IMG/VR virus record: IMGVR_UViG_3300029841_000009
Coordinates: 1-64,000 of that record
DNA length: 64,000 bases
Source: a virus
Lineage: Duplodnaviria; Heunggongvirae; Uroviricota; Caudoviricetes
Strand: one strand, 5' to 3'
The notes beneath the pieces were generated by a model. That model did no database searches. It was not told where the DNA came from and was given only the letters and a program-made list of their open reading frames with translations. Shown piece after piece: positions 36,949-47,859 of the stretch. A program made the position numbers and the translations under genes. The first letter of the stretch is position 1. The number at the start of each line of letters is the position of its first letter.

Positions 36949-39752
36949 TATGCAAGCCTCACAATATAGTTAAATGCGATGTTTTTGACGGTGTTTTCGG
37001 TATTACCCGTAGCATTTACCGTGATGGTGTGTCCGTGCGCACCTAATGCTACAGTGTGTGCATGGGCACCAATACCTACAGTGTGGTTATGCTGACCAAT
37101 ATCCACCGTATGGGCGTGCGCTCCGGCGGTGCTGGACACCTGATTGTTTCCTGAAGCCTGTACACGCTGTTTTCCACCGACAGAGTCGCCGCCATAAACA
37201 CCACCGACAGTGTGCGTATGATTGCCCGTATTGTTCGTTGATTTTGTGCCATGATTAAACGTACTGACCGTCTTCGTGCCGTAATCAAACGAACTGGTTG
37301 TTTTCGTTCCCAAATCCGTATTTGACGCACTGGCACTGTGAGTATGCGATTTAATCCCGTCCTGTTCCTGTGACAATACGGCACGCCCACTGGCGGGTTT
37401 GCCCTTGATTGTCCAGCCGCGCATATCTGGAATAACACCAGAAGGATAGGCTATAGCCAGTTTCGGATATGCTGCCTTATCAAACGTCTGCCCCTGCATA
37501 ATTGCATAGCCCGCAGGTGGTGTATCTGATGGCCACGGCAACGGAACACCTGGCGGAAATGCTTCAATATTTGCCGAGCCGTCAAATTTTACGCCGTTAA
37601 TTGTCCTTGCCGTTTTCAGCTTTGTAGCTGTAGCCGCATTGCCGGACAGTTCACCAGAAAGACCACCGCTGAATGTCTGTTTCGCCGCCCATGTCTGAGC
37701 TTCGTCGATAATTGGCACACGTCTTGTCGTGATCGTGCGGCTTCCCGGATTTCCTGAAATACGCACCATAAAAAAGCGGTAATTCGCTTTACTTACAGTG
37801 CTGCGCCATACATGCATTGAGCGCCCCGTACCGGAATCATCACTCGGACCAACTGCGATGTTTATCAGGTTGCCATCAATGACGCCCCAGTCCATACCGT
37901 CGGGAATGTTGGTCATGTTATCAAGCCGAACGGTTATCAGACTGCCCGGCACAAAGTCGTGGGTCTGCCAGTCCAGGCTGGTGAGCTTTGCCACTGCACC
38001 GCCGATACCCAGATTCAGGGGAAGTGAATACGAGGTGTAGACTTCCCGCCATTCGCTCCATGAGCTGCCGGTAAAAACGCGCTCAAACGTGCGACCTTTA
38101 AGGGTTGTACCTGTTCCGGCAGTTGTATAACGCTGCCATACGTTAACACCATCAAAGCGCCTCAACACTTCCAGAATACCGAGGACTGTCACGCCGTTTC
38201 CGTCCAGTATTGGACCATTGGTCGCTTTACCTGTAACGCTGTAAATACCTGGTGAAGTCACATCATTCAAATCCCCGTCGTAATAACGACTCTCTGACTG
38301 ATGACCGACTCTTAACCACGGTTCCCACTGCGGATTTGATGCATCCCAGCTTGCCGCAAGGCAGCGGACATACATATTTCCACGGCGAGTGGTATAACGT
38401 TGCGTTCTTCCATAATTCCCGCCTTCGAGGATCTCAAGCGTCCCCTGAGCAAAGCCGCCTTCCTCTGGATAATTGCGTTCATATGAAGCTATAGCCGAGC
38501 TACTGTTACGCCATAAACCAAGATGCTCGGCGGCTCCAAGCGTATTCAGGTCTATAGTCGTACTCAAAGGGCGGGTAGCAGATTGAGTGTGACGCCATAC
38601 GCCCCACGGACCATCAGTGCCATTCCACTTACTGGCGAGTTTACGCATGTATACATTGCCGTCTCCCGTGGTAAAGCGTTGAGTACCTGCAAAATTGCCG
38701 GCAGCAAAAACCTCAAGCACACCGACAGCATTATCTTCCGGGAAATTTTTCTCCAGTGTTGCGTTAGTTGAGGTAGCTTTAGACCAGATCCCCAGATAAG
38801 CCTTAACGGGACCAAATGTATTCAGGTCGGCATCAACCGGCATTTCGCCATTGTTTTTCATAAACGTCAGGCTAGTAACGCCAACATTGTCCAGAAAAGC
38901 TGATTTATCCTGGATATCTGCACCGTTCTGATTTTTCGCCAGACGTGAATTTGCGTTGTCATTTGCTGCCTTGACCGCTTTTGGCGTTGCCGCCTGCGTT
39001 TCAGACGTACTGTTAGTGGCACTACTGAGCTGAACAATCCCTTTTCGCGCCGTGGTAGCGTCCTGTGCGGTGTATTTAGCGTTAGCCAGGTCATATGCAG
39101 CCTTAACAGCCTTAGGCGTCGCTGCGAGCTTTTCAGACGTGCTATTGGTGGCATTACTGAGTTGAACAATGCCTTTTGATGTTAAAGTTGCATCAGGATG
39201 ATTACGTGATTGCTCATGTTTTACAATAGCTTGCTTAAGCCGCTTTGCTGAAACAGCCAGGGAATCATCTGTACCTGCATCAATTTCTTGTTCATTAGCA
39301 AATCTTGCTACTCCAACAACAGTTTCGGTTGCGGGAGGGTTAATAAACTCAACATCACCAAATGTAATGTTTTTAGTATCAAGATTTTTAATTGCTATAT
39401 CACTTGATATTAAAGCAATTGTAGAAGATGCTTTATTTATTATTACTTGTTCTTGCGAGTATACAGCAAACAATGTTCCTTTATTTGTATACAAACCTAT
39501 TGTATGGACAACATACTCATCTTTACTATCATCCTTCGCAGTTACATGAATGGTATCAGGAGAAACGACTTTGCCTCCTATTGTGGTAAGTCGCTTTATT
39601 TCATCTGTTATTTTTGTTTGTGTGGTTGATGTGGCATAATATCTACTACCTAAACCAACAGAAACGATCTCAACTTTATTTGTTCCAGTCTTGTTGGCAT
39701 TAACCAGCGCCTTACGCCCGGCGTCAGTCATCGTAAATAATAATTTACTCAC
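36948..39752 (-). CDS. tail fiber protein (receptor-binding)
   Basis: 934 aa; two tandem about 35-aa fiber repeats (GIVQLS[NS][17 protein letters not shown]), three tandem about 80-aa domains, C-terminal HxH-rich region ending [11 protein letters not shown]. Confidence 0.7.
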   Translation of the reverse strand: MSKLLFTMTDAGRKALVNANKTGTNKVEIVSVGLGSRYYATSTTQTKITDEIKRLTTIGGKVVSPDTIHVTAKDDSKDEYVVHTIGLYTNKGTLFAVYSQEQVIINKASSTIALISSDIAIKNLDTKNITFGDVEFINPPATETVVGVARFANEQEIDAGTDDSLAVSAKRLKQAIVKHEQSRNHPDATLTSKGIVQLSNATNSTSEKLAATPKAVKAAYDLANAKYTAQDATTARKGIVQLSSATNSTSETQAATPKAVKAANDNANSRLAKNQNGADIQDKSAFLDNVGVTSLTFMKNNGEMPVDADLNTFGPVKAYLGIWSKATSTNATLEKNFPEDNAVGVLEVFAAGNFAGTQRFTTGDGNVYMRKLASKWNGTDGPWGVWRHTQSATRPLSTTIDLNTLGAAEHLGLWRNSSSAIASYERNYPEEGGFAQGTLEILEGGNYGRTQRYTTRRGNMYVRCLAASWDASNPQWEPWLRVGHQSESRYYDGDLNDVTSPGIYSVTGKATNGPILDGNGVTVLGILEVLRRFDGVNVWQRYTTAGTGTTLKGRTFERVFTGSSWSEWREVYTSYSLPLNLGIGGAVAKLTSLDWQTHDFVPGSLITVRLDNMTNIPDGMDWGVIDGNLINIAVGPSDDSGTGRSMHVWRSTVSKANYRFFMVRISGNPGSRTITTRRVPIIDEAQTWAAKQTFSGGLSGELSGNAATATKLKTARTINGVKFDGSANIEAFPPGVPLPWPSDTPPAGYAIMQGQTFDKAAYPKLAIAYPSGVIPDMRGWTIKGKPASGRAVLSQEQDGIKSHTHSASASNTDLGTKTTSSFDYGTKTVSTFNHGTKSTNNTGNHTHTVGGVYGGDSVGGKQRVQASGNNQVSSTAGAHAHTVDIGQHNHTVGIGAHAHTVALGAHGHTITVNATGNTENTVKNIAFNYIVRLA

Positions 39753-39782
39753 GCTTAATTCCTTGGATTAACAAATCGCAAA

Positions 39783-40364
39783 TTAGCACTCACCAATTAA
39801 TCGTACATAAGACACAGGCTGGAAAGCACCGACAATACCAACACCACCTGAAACATTGGTTGCTTGCGAAAATGTAAATAGTGTTCTTGCCGACTTTGCA
39901 CTCTTGATACTTCTTAACGTATCCTCCAACATCTCTTTCGAAGGAACAGCACCATCAAAAGAGTTAATCGAAGCAACAATTGAGGCTGTATATGGTTCGC
40001 CAGGTGGTGATGTTTCAAACCATTCTGTTATGTTTACCTCTCCACCCAAGCTATTTACTACATCTTCAACCGCTGCCCTTGTACCCTTTATTCGCTTTGT
40101 TCGTATTATTGATTTAAAAACAGAACGCTTTAACGATACAGGCCAACTATCCCTCCATGTATCAGCATTCCATTGCCAAGCTAAATGATCGAGAACAACT
40201 GAGTCCAGGTTATCAACAACGCTATATATTTCTGTCTTATATATTAAATTGTTAATTGCTTGTAGTTCATCATCAATAGCTTTCGACATAGCTATCACGT
40301 TGGGATCGCTAGCTAAGTTAGGAGGTAAAACATCCAACAAGCTAACATTAAAGATATCAGCCAT
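39783..40364 (-). CDS. baseplate protein (P2 gpI-like)
   Basis: 193 aa, between the gpJ-like and fiber genes. Confidence 0.45.
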   Translation of the reverse strand: MADIFNVSLLDVLPPNLASDPNVIAMSKAIDDELQAINNLIYKTEIYSVVDNLDSVVLDHLAWQWNADTWRDSWPVSLKRSVFKSIIRTKRIKGTRAAVEDVVNSLGGEVNITEWFETSPPGEPYTASIVASINSFDGAVPSKEMLEDTLRSIKSAKSARTLFTFSQATNVSGGVGIVGAFQPVSYVRLIGEC

Positions 40365-41481
40365 CCTCTAACCCCGCATACTGGCAATTTATATTTCTCT
40401 CTCTGGCGACCTGTGTCTCTCCAACCACATTAAAAACAGGACTTGATATTTCTAATCTTTTAGCCCCAGCATTTTTTAAACGTTGAATAATTTCATCTGG
40501 ATTTATATCTCTTCCCATAACCGAACGTTGCCATTGTTTATACTCATCAATAGCTTTCTCAACCTCACTTTGAATTAAAGTTGTTCTGTTTTTGTCCGAT
40601 GAGTTAATCCAGTATTTAATTATTATATCGTATTCAATGCTCTCTGGTTTCTTAACAAGAACTTTATCTGTGAATGGTCGAATATTAGTTGCAGAGAGAA
40701 CGCTATTTATCTGCTCTAATAGTTCATCAGAAGGTATATCTCCGTTCTCTAACAAAGAACGGATTTCTACAATTCCGGGCGATGGTGTATATACATTCAC
40801 ATCTTTTATATTCTGATTGGCTGTTCTTGTCCAATATTTATAAGAATCCTCCGGCCCTGCTGTAGACAGTTTTTCCGGCGACAGTTTTATTCTTTCAGCA
40901 TAATTATCATCTGACTCCGTATCAGCACCAGAATTAGATGTTGTTACATTCCTTACTCTGGAAACATACGGCAACGGAGTCACCAACTCATTTATTTGCC
41001 CTGGTAAAAAGCCATTCCCAGATAAACCAGGTATAACAGCATATCCTGAGACTGTACCAACTGTTTTCCCAGCAGGTATTTCCAACAAAATATCTGTTTG
41101 GAAAATAACACCATTTCCAGTTGAAACTTGAGTGCCAGCAGGTATTGTATATATCCCCGATAATTTTGTTGACAGATTAAACTCAAATGTAGTCAAGGCA
41201 GATTGAGCTTCCAGCCTAGGCGTATCCGTCAGATAGCCTATATGGTCGAGATATTCACCTTCACCATATGTAAGAAGGTTTTGTTTTGCAGAAAAATCGA
41301 TAGCTTTTCTTTGCTGTATAATAATCTCACACAATGATAAGATGAATAATCTACGTGGATCAGCAGGTGCTAATGTTTCACCTGTTATACTCTCAAAAGC
41401 CCTGATTGAACGAGTTGTTATATCAGTCGGGTTAGAATCTGCGAAAGTAATATCTGGCAAACCACCACGCGGCAACGTCAT
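40357..41481 (-). CDS. baseplate wedge protein (P2 gpJ-like)
   Basis: 374 aa, follows the gp25-like gene; size and order match the Baseplate_J family. Confidence 0.5.
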   Translation of the reverse strand: MTLPRGGLPDITFADSNPTDITTRSIRAFESITGETLAPADPRRLFILSLCEIIIQQRKAIDFSAKQNLLTYGEGEYLDHIGYLTDTPRLEAQSALTTFEFNLSTKLSGIYTIPAGTQVSTGNGVIFQTDILLEIPAGKTVGTVSGYAVIPGLSGNGFLPGQINELVTPLPYVSRVRNVTTSNSGADTESDDNYAERIKLSPEKLSTAGPEDSYKYWTRTANQNIKDVNVYTPSPGIVEIRSLLENGDIPSDELLEQINSVLSATNIRPFTDKVLVKKPESIEYDIIIKYWINSSDKNRTTLIQSEVEKAIDEYKQWQRSVMGRDINPDEIIQRLKNAGAKRLEISSPVFNVVGETQVARERNINCQYAGLEDG

Positions 41482-41798
41482 TCTCTAACTCCTATCACAA
41501 GTTTTGGCCTAATAAAACCATCAGAAACGTCCGTTCTTTCAAAAGTAACAGAATGGATAATCGCTCTAGGCTCAAACTCACTAATTTTTTGAATTATTTC
41601 TCGTGTTGCTGTAGCAATAAAAATTGGACTAGAGCTATCAACAAGACTTGAATTAATTCCTAATTTTCTGGCATATGGTACAGTGCCAATTTGAGTATTA
41701 ATAATAGTAGAGACATTTTGCAAAACTTCTTCTACAACTGTTTTGGGCGACCAATCAATCGAGTAAGAAGGTGATGATATGGTAAACGTATTATTCAT
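41478..41798 (-). CDS. baseplate wedge protein (GPW/gp25-like)
   Basis: 106 aa with an EPR motif (FEPRA) as in P2 gpW / T4 gp25. Confidence 0.55.
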   Translation of the reverse strand: MNNTFTISSPSYSIDWSPKTVVEEVLQNVSTIINTQIGTVPYARKLGINSSLVDSSSPIFIATATREIIQKISEFEPRAIIHSVTFERTDVSDGFIRPKLVIGVRE

Positions 41799-42262
41799 AA
41801 TAATTTACCTAACGCACTTCTAGTTTTTGACTCTATATTGCCAGCAATATCAACTAATGCTTCTTTCAGAGAGGTCTGTCCGACTTCCTGTAATTTAATG
41901 CCGACGATAATCACTCGTGGATTCCCAGTTGGACCGAAATAAGTCCATGATTCCTCTATATCTGTAATTATAAAATTACCAAAATACTGAATACCAATTA
42001 CAACAGGATTTACTTCCTGAATTGATTGCATTGTCCTAAGTAATGAAAGCGCAGCCAATGGAACAATGCCAAGTGTTGTATCCAACCGCATATTAAAACT
42101 AACTTCATCCAGATCTGGACCTATATCCTCCAGAACAGGTTTAAGCCCAATAACATCATGGCGCGCTACACGACGCTTTGACGTCCTTTTAAAATTGTTG
42201 AACGTATTCACCACTATTGATGAGGCAACAAAAGGCATTGTACCAAGCATACCCACAATCAT
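41795..42262 (-). CDS. hypothetical baseplate-module protein
   Basis: 155 aa, coupled between the spike and gp25-like genes. Confidence 0.35.
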   Translation of the reverse strand: MIVGMLGTMPFVASSIVVNTFNNFKRTSKRRVARHDVIGLKPVLEDIGPDLDEVSFNMRLDTTLGIVPLAALSLLRTMQSIQEVNPVVIGIQYFGNFIITDIEESWTYFGPTGNPRVIIVGIKLQEVGQTSLKEALVDIAGNIESKTRSALGKLL

Positions 42263-42879
42263 GCCTGAGCCTCCGTTGTCGGAGCGTATTCCCCCTGAGC
42301 TGTGTGATGGTGGCCTTTAGATTTAATCCCATCAACATCTATATCACCACCAACAACCTTAACATTCCCAGAAATTGTAGCTGCAACACCTCCAGCAGAA
42401 GATCCTTTCATTCCACCTTTGAAGGTTAGTAATCCTTCAACTGTAGCATTTCCGGTAATGATGGTTTCTGGAGCATCAATAGTTACGGTTCCTGTAGCCT
42501 TAATGGTTACATCTCCGACAGCATCAACAAGGAGTAAATTAGATTCTCTGTCTATCTCAATACGAGTTCCGTTATTAAATCTAATGACGCGTTTATTAAC
42601 AGTATTAGATGGCGGCTTCTGTGTTTCATCATAAAAACTACCAAGAATAAAACCTTGTTGCGGCCCCGCGGGATGAAAGATACACAAAACTTGCTCACCA
42701 ATATCTGGCATCCAGTAATCAGCATTCTTATCTGTATTTTTCACAATAACTGATAACTTTGCCGAAGTGACGCTATCCTGATCATCGAAAGTAACTCTTG
42801 CTGTAACATCACCATCATCAATATCAGAAACAACGCCAACTCTTATAGTCTGACGTAATAATGTTTCTAAATCATTCAT
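42259..42879 (-). CDS. baseplate spike protein (P2 gpV-like)
   Basis: 206 aa; IGEQVLCIF and a C-terminal beta-helix-like G-rich region with an HHH cluster, resembling P2 gpV. Confidence 0.65.
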   Translation of the reverse strand: MNDLETLLRQTIRVGVVSDIDDGDVTARVTFDDQDSVTSAKLSVIVKNTDKNADYWMPDIGEQVLCIFHPAGPQQGFILGSFYDETQKPPSNTVNKRVIRFNNGTRIEIDRESNLLLVDAVGDVTIKATGTVTIDAPETIITGNATVEGLLTFKGGMKGSSAGGVAATISGNVKVVGGDIDVDGIKSKGHHHTAQGEYAPTTEAQA

Positions 42880-42881
42880 AA

Positions 42882-43883
42882 TTAATACCCATTAATTACT
42901 CTTCGGACATCAATCGAGGTGGTATAACCACTAGTCCCAATTGAATGCACAGCTTTCGATATAAGATATTTTCCAGAAAATGAACCGAATCCCTCCAGAT
43001 TTATAGTTACACCAGCTACCAATCTGGTGTCTCCAACCAATACTAAAGATCCGGTATTTTGATATCTATTTTTAAGCCGCAAAGCAGCCTTTGCCTTACG
43101 TTTTGCTTCATCTAAATTAGCTACCAGTTTTCTTATCTTAAGATTCGACCCTTCTTCTACGGATGGATCTACCCAAGTATACGAAAGCGACTTTCTTTTT
43201 TTAGGTACGCGATATTTGCACGTGCAACTTTTATACAAATCTGTAGATTGTGTGCTAAAGCTATATCTGATTATCTCATCAATACCTAACGTAAGCGTAG
43301 CGATAGGATCTTTTTGCTCAAACATCTCTTGAGCAAATATTATTAATTGGCTATCAGTGACCTTTAACGACAACCCTTCATCCTGGCAAAGTCGATGGAG
43401 AAATTTTAAATCGCTTTCCTCCATTTGATCTTCACGCGCATAATATGGATTACTATCACCATCAATAAGAAACAACAGTTCAAGGTTAGCTAATTTAGCT
43501 ATAGAAGTTGCTATATCTTTAAGAGTTGTTTTTTCCCATGCATTACTTTTTAAATCACGTCTAATGCCTGATGAAACAGGAACAGAAACAGCAGTTACCT
43601 CAACCACAGAAGGTGGTCCAGAGCAAGTTATGCCATCTACCTGGAATTTCCCGCACTCAAGGACGATTTGATTTATAGGCTTAAAGCTCAAATCAATAAA
43701 ATCACCCTTTTTAGGTGTCCAGTCTCCAGACCATTTCCCATCATCATTTTTTAATATAATAGAAATATCATCGACCTGACCATCTTCATTATCTGTATAA
43801 GACATTGACAAAACATCAGGTGACATATGAGCGGTAATATTTACATTCTGATATATAACATCAAAAAGCGTTTTACGTAACAC
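42882..43883 (-). CDS. baseplate hub protein (P2 gpD / Mu gpP-like)
   Basis: 333 aa, position between the tail-X-like and spike genes. Confidence 0.45.
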   Translation of the reverse strand: MLRKTLFDVIYQNVNITAHMSPDVLSMSYTDNEDGQVDDISIILKNDDGKWSGDWTPKKGDFIDLSFKPINQIVLECGKFQVDGITCSGPPSVVEVTAVSVPVSSGIRRDLKSNAWEKTTLKDIATSIAKLANLELLFLIDGDSNPYYAREDQMEESDLKFLHRLCQDEGLSLKVTDSQLIIFAQEMFEQKDPIATLTLGIDEIIRYSFSTQSTDLYKSCTCKYRVPKKRKSLSYTWVDPSVEEGSNLKIRKLVANLDEAKRKAKAALRLKNRYQNTGSLVLVGDTRLVAGVTINLEGFGSFSGKYLISKAVHSIGTSGYTTSIDVRRVINGY

Positions 43884-44091
43884 TATTGCGTCTCCACGGA
43901 GGAAAATTGTTTACTGATATTGGCATAACCGGAGCATCAGGAACTTTAAGAATAATTCCCGCAGAAAAAAGCACCGTAAAGCGGTGCTCAGTATTAGCAT
44001 CAATAAGAAGATAAGACAGGTACTCATTACCATACAACTTTAAAGCGATACTATCCCATGAGTCCCCTTGAACCGTTCTATAATCATCCAA
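43873..44091 (-). CDS. tail protein X-like (LysM-like)
   Basis: 72 aa; YRTVQGDSWDSIALKLYGN matches the LysM-like pattern of P2 gpX. Confidence 0.55.
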   Translation of the reverse strand: MDDYRTVQGDSWDSIALKLYGNEYLSYLLIDANTEHRFTVLFSAGIILKVPDAPVMPISVNNFPPWRRNSVT

Positions 44092-46876
44092 AACTTAATC
44101 TCCGTTGTTGGAACATATGAGCACTCAATTTCTTCTCAAAATCAGAATATCCCGCATCTAATGCTCTTTTAGCTGCCGCCTCAGTTTCCTTTGGTGAACC
44201 AGCCGGAAGATTGATTACAGGTGAATAGGTTATTCCACCAGTCACAGCGTTAACGTTCTGGCGAGGTCCAGAAGTCCCAGCGGCAGATATCCCGTGAGGT
44301 GATAAATTTGATTGCCCGAACTTGCTTGCTATTGCATTCTGTAAGCTGTTATTCCTGCTAACACCTGATGCCAGAGTAGTCATTATTGCACCACCTGACT
44401 TTGTTAGCTGTGAGAATGGACCTTTTTTCGCGTCAGAGAACGGTAAATACTCACGTACAGAAGAAAAAACGCCTTTCACTTCATTAATTAAAGCATTTGC
44501 TTTTGATTTTATCCCAGTGATTAACGTCTCAATTATTTTTGCGCCTGACTCACTCCAGTTTATTCCAGATAAATAAGTCGTTACAGATTGGAATGCTCTT
44601 ATAAAGAGTCCAACTGGTGAAAAACGCATAAAAACAGATACCAGTGTATCTATGATTTTCTTTCCTGTTTCGCTCCAGTTAATGCCAGAAAGGTAATTTG
44701 TTGTAATTTTAAATGCTTTAATTAAGAACGGAAGCGGAGACATCCATTTAAAAGCACTAATTAATGTACTGTAAATTCTTACTCCTGCCGAACTCCAGTT
44801 TATGTTGGAAAGATAATCCCATGCTTTACCAAACATAGATATAATCCATCCATTGAGGTCAAAGTTTAAGATAAAGTTTTTTATAGCCTCAAATGATTTA
44901 ACTGTATATTCCTTAACAGAAGGCCAAACTCTGACAGCATAATCTCTGATCTTATCCCAATTCTGATAGAGCAATATTCCTGCGGCAACCAGCGCAGATA
45001 TAGCCATCTGAATCCACCCGAAGGGTGTTAGCTTTGTCGCTACAGATAAAGCCAGCATAGCTACCCTACACGCTATAACCACACTTTTCATGGTTAGAAA
45101 CGCACCTGCCGCCATCACTATCTGAGACACAAAATTGGGGTTGTTAGCTACAAATTCACTAATTTTTGTAATCAGCGGAACCAAAACACTAAGCGCGGCA
45201 TTCAAAGCAGGTTGCAAGGCCTGACCAAAACTTAATGATGCATTGCTAGCCTGAATACGTAATTGTTTCAATCGCTCCGCATTATCTTTCGTTATGTTGG
45301 CAAAATCGCGGTCAATAACAGCACTTCCAGCTCCAAGAGATGTTGCTTTGATTCTCTGGTATTCCTTCCAGTTTTGAATCATCGGACGAACAAAGTTCTG
45401 AACCTGCATATCGCCAAATAGTTCACCAAGTAACTTCTGATCTCCGTTCTTAGTCATTTTCATGACAGAATGCATTGCAGCTTCGAATGGATTCTTCCCT
45501 TTTTTCTGCGCTGTTGTAACAATTTTATATAAATCTACACCGAAATTTTTCTTTGCTTTTTTTAGTGTTTCAGGGGAAAGTATTTTTGCCAAAAAGTTGT
45601 TCATATTATTAGCAGCCTCATCCGAAGTTGCAGCCCCCTTGCGAGCTATCTGCAAAGCTGCACCCATCGTCGCGGCTGCTTCTTTACCTCCCATTTTTAA
45701 TGCCTGGAACTGAGCACCAAGCACAGGAAGATTTTTGGCCATATCTTTAAATTCAAAGTTCCCCTCTTTCCCTGCCTGAACCAGAATCCCCATTGCAGAC
45801 TTCATTTGAGATGGATCAATCTTCAATGAGTCACTTAATGTAAATGATGCTTTCGAGACATCGAGGATATCAGAGCCAGTAGCTGTAGCTGTTCGCCCAA
45901 TAGTTAGTAGATTCGCCTGAGCCTCTTTATAATCCTGCCCAGCAGCGACGAGAAAACCCTGAGCGGCCTGAATATCAGATGCAAACTGGTTGGTAGCCGT
46001 TCCGGTAACAAGCATCGCCTGCCCCATCGCCTGAACTTCTTCCGGCTTCATATCTGCCGTAAGACCAATCATTTTGTTTTCACGATTGAAATTTGCTGCA
46101 TTGTTAGCAGCAGCAAATGCACCAGCCGCTACAGCACCAGTTTGTAATCCTGACCTTACAAGTTGACTCTTTGCCTCACCAAGATGCTCTCGCTTCAATT
46201 CACGCTGCCTTTCCAACGCGCGGTTTAACTCCTCCTGAGCACGTTTTACTGCAAGAACATTTTTCCGTGCTTCAGCCAACGCATTTTTATAGCTGTTAAT
46301 TTTATCAATACGTTGTTTTTCTAATGCCCGGTTAAGTTCCTCCTGCTGTTTTTTCACTTGCTGAACATTTGCTCTGGCTAAAGCCAAAGCCGTTCTGTAG
46401 CGGTTAACCTGCTCAACGCTACGGGCCTGAGCCTCACGATTACGATCAATGCTGGCTTTAAGCTCTTTCTCTCTTGAGGCCAAAGCTCTGGCAGATGTAT
46501 CAGCTCCCTGATAGGCAGACTTTAAAGCGGCCAGTTCTTCACGCTGAGAACGTAGTGATGCTCGTAAATTTGATGAATGTGTTTTTGCCTTCTCAAAGTC
46601 ACGAAGCATCGCTCTGGTTGGATTGGCCGTGTTTTTTATTTGCTTCTGTAACTCTTCAACGCGAGCGGCAGCTTTATGATATTCGAGGGCAGTCTGTCCA
46701 ACCTTTACTTTTACAGATTGTAGCTTTTGAATTTCCCCATGTTCTTTCGTTAACCCAGCAAGCTCTGCATTTAATTTAGCAACAGCCTGATTAGCTGTAG
46801 TAAAACTTTTGGGGAGAGAGGCGGCAACTTTGCCGCCAATTTCAAAAGCCAGCTTAAAGTTCTTATTGCTGGCCAT
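44084..46876 (-). CDS. tail tape measure protein
   Basis: 930 aa; long coiled-coil N-terminal half, hydrophobic central segments, downstream of the chaperone frameshift pair. Confidence 0.75.
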   Translation of the reverse strand: MASNKNFKLAFEIGGKVAASLPKSFTTANQAVAKLNAELAGLTKEHGEIQKLQSVKVKVGQTALEYHKAAARVEELQKQIKNTANPTRAMLRDFEKAKTHSSNLRASLRSQREELAALKSAYQGADTSARALASREKELKASIDRNREAQARSVEQVNRYRTALALARANVQQVKKQQEELNRALEKQRIDKINSYKNALAEARKNVLAVKRAQEELNRALERQRELKREHLGEAKSQLVRSGLQTGAVAAGAFAAANNAANFNRENKMIGLTADMKPEEVQAMGQAMLVTGTATNQFASDIQAAQGFLVAAGQDYKEAQANLLTIGRTATATGSDILDVSKASFTLSDSLKIDPSQMKSAMGILVQAGKEGNFEFKDMAKNLPVLGAQFQALKMGGKEAAATMGAALQIARKGAATSDEAANNMNNFLAKILSPETLKKAKKNFGVDLYKIVTTAQKKGKNPFEAAMHSVMKMTKNGDQKLLGELFGDMQVQNFVRPMIQNWKEYQRIKATSLGAGSAVIDRDFANITKDNAERLKQLRIQASNASLSFGQALQPALNAALSVLVPLITKISEFVANNPNFVSQIVMAAGAFLTMKSVVIACRVAMLALSVATKLTPFGWIQMAISALVAAGILLYQNWDKIRDYAVRVWPSVKEYTVKSFEAIKNFILNFDLNGWIISMFGKAWDYLSNINWSSAGVRIYSTLISAFKWMSPLPFLIKAFKITTNYLSGINWSETGKKIIDTLVSVFMRFSPVGLFIRAFQSVTTYLSGINWSESGAKIIETLITGIKSKANALINEVKGVFSSVREYLPFSDAKKGPFSQLTKSGGAIMTTLASGVSRNNSLQNAIASKFGQSNLSPHGISAAGTSGPRQNVNAVTGGITYSPVINLPAGSPKETEAAAKRALDAGYSDFEKKLSAHMFQQRRLSFG

Positions 46877-46881
46877 TAGTA

Positions 46882-47064
46882 TTAATCCTCATTAAACACG
46901 TCAATCCATGCGACGATTCGCCTCAACCGAAGAGAAAGCCAGTAGGATATAGGTGTTGATTGAGATGATTGAGATAGAGAACTCGCGGCCCTCATTATTT
47001 GCTTATCAATAGGTTTTTGCTCATCAAAACCTACGAGAGCAAAAAATTCTGTACCTTTTGACAA
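46882..47064 (-). CDS. tail assembly chaperone, -1 frameshift extension
   Basis: Overlaps the 3' end of 47031..47312 in the -1 frame; slippery TTTTTTG at 47040-47046. Confidence 0.5.
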   Translation of the reverse strand: MSKGTEFFALVGFDEQKPIDKQIMRAASSLSQSSQSTPISYWLSLRLRRIVAWIDVFNED

Positions 47065-47312
47065 ACTTTAACAAAGTCTTTCGCTGGTAATCCATTCAGA
47101 TACTCTATTGGACGACCAATACAGCGAGCAGCCAAGGCTGCATGGACTTTATTATCAAGTGATGTTTGAACTGAAACATGCCCTTGAGATTGCAGTAAGT
47201 CCGATACCTCTAAAATATCACTGCCTTTTAGGTTGTCTAAATCAAGGTTGAGTTCAGTCACCGGCTCAAAGTCTTCAAAACGATATTCTTTACTTAATTT
47301 AACGGTTTCCAT
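47031..47312 (-). CDS. tail assembly chaperone
   Basis: 93 aa between the tube and tape measure genes; the ORF ends just after a slippery heptamer. Confidence 0.6.
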   Translation of the reverse strand: METVKLSKEYRFEDFEPVTELNLDLDNLKGSDILEVSDLLQSQGHVSVQTSLDNKVHAALAARCIGRPIEYLNGLPAKDFVKVCQKVQNFLLS

Positions 47313-47321
47313 TTTGTCACC

Positions 47322-47843
47322 TTATAAACCTAAATCATCACGAACGCTTTTTAATATATCTTCACCATCAAAGATACAAATAAAGTTCAACTTATCAATT
47401 TCCAGGACTTCTTTTCCATCAATAAATAATTTGATATAGAGAACTTCAAATTCATTCTCTGAATCAGTAGCCTTTGCCACCTGTAGCGAACCTAAATCCA
47501 GTTTTTTAGGGTTTAGCTTCATTGAAGCCCGAATAGGAACCGTTTTATATTTTCCTGTTCCTGCATCATAAACCTGCTGGCTACCGCGAAAATCTACCTG
47601 ATGCGATGAGGATAGAAATAATTTTGTACCAGCAGAGGTCAGAGTTCGCCATTTAAGAGAGACAGTCATTGGTTTGAAATGCCCCAGCGTTCCGCTCTCA
47701 AGCTCTCCAGCGATACCTGCACCACTAACAGTTTCTGTCATCATCTCAATTGATGGCAGCTTTGCGTCAGCAACACCGATAATACGGTTTCCTTCACCGT
47801 ATACTGTAAAGTTAATAAGTCTCTCAGGAATTTGATTGCTCAA
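47322..47843 (-). CDS. tail tube protein
   Basis: 173 aa immediately downstream of the sheath gene. Confidence 0.6.
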   Translation of the reverse strand: MSNQIPERLINFTVYGEGNRIIGVADAKLPSIEMMTETVSGAGIAGELESGTLGHFKPMTVSLKWRTLTSAGTKLFLSSSHQVDFRGSQQVYDAGTGKYKTVPIRASMKLNPKKLDLGSLQVAKATDSENEFEVLYIKLFIDGKEVLEIDKLNFICIFDGEDILKSVRDDLGL

Positions 47844-47859
47844 AGCAACCTCCTATTAT

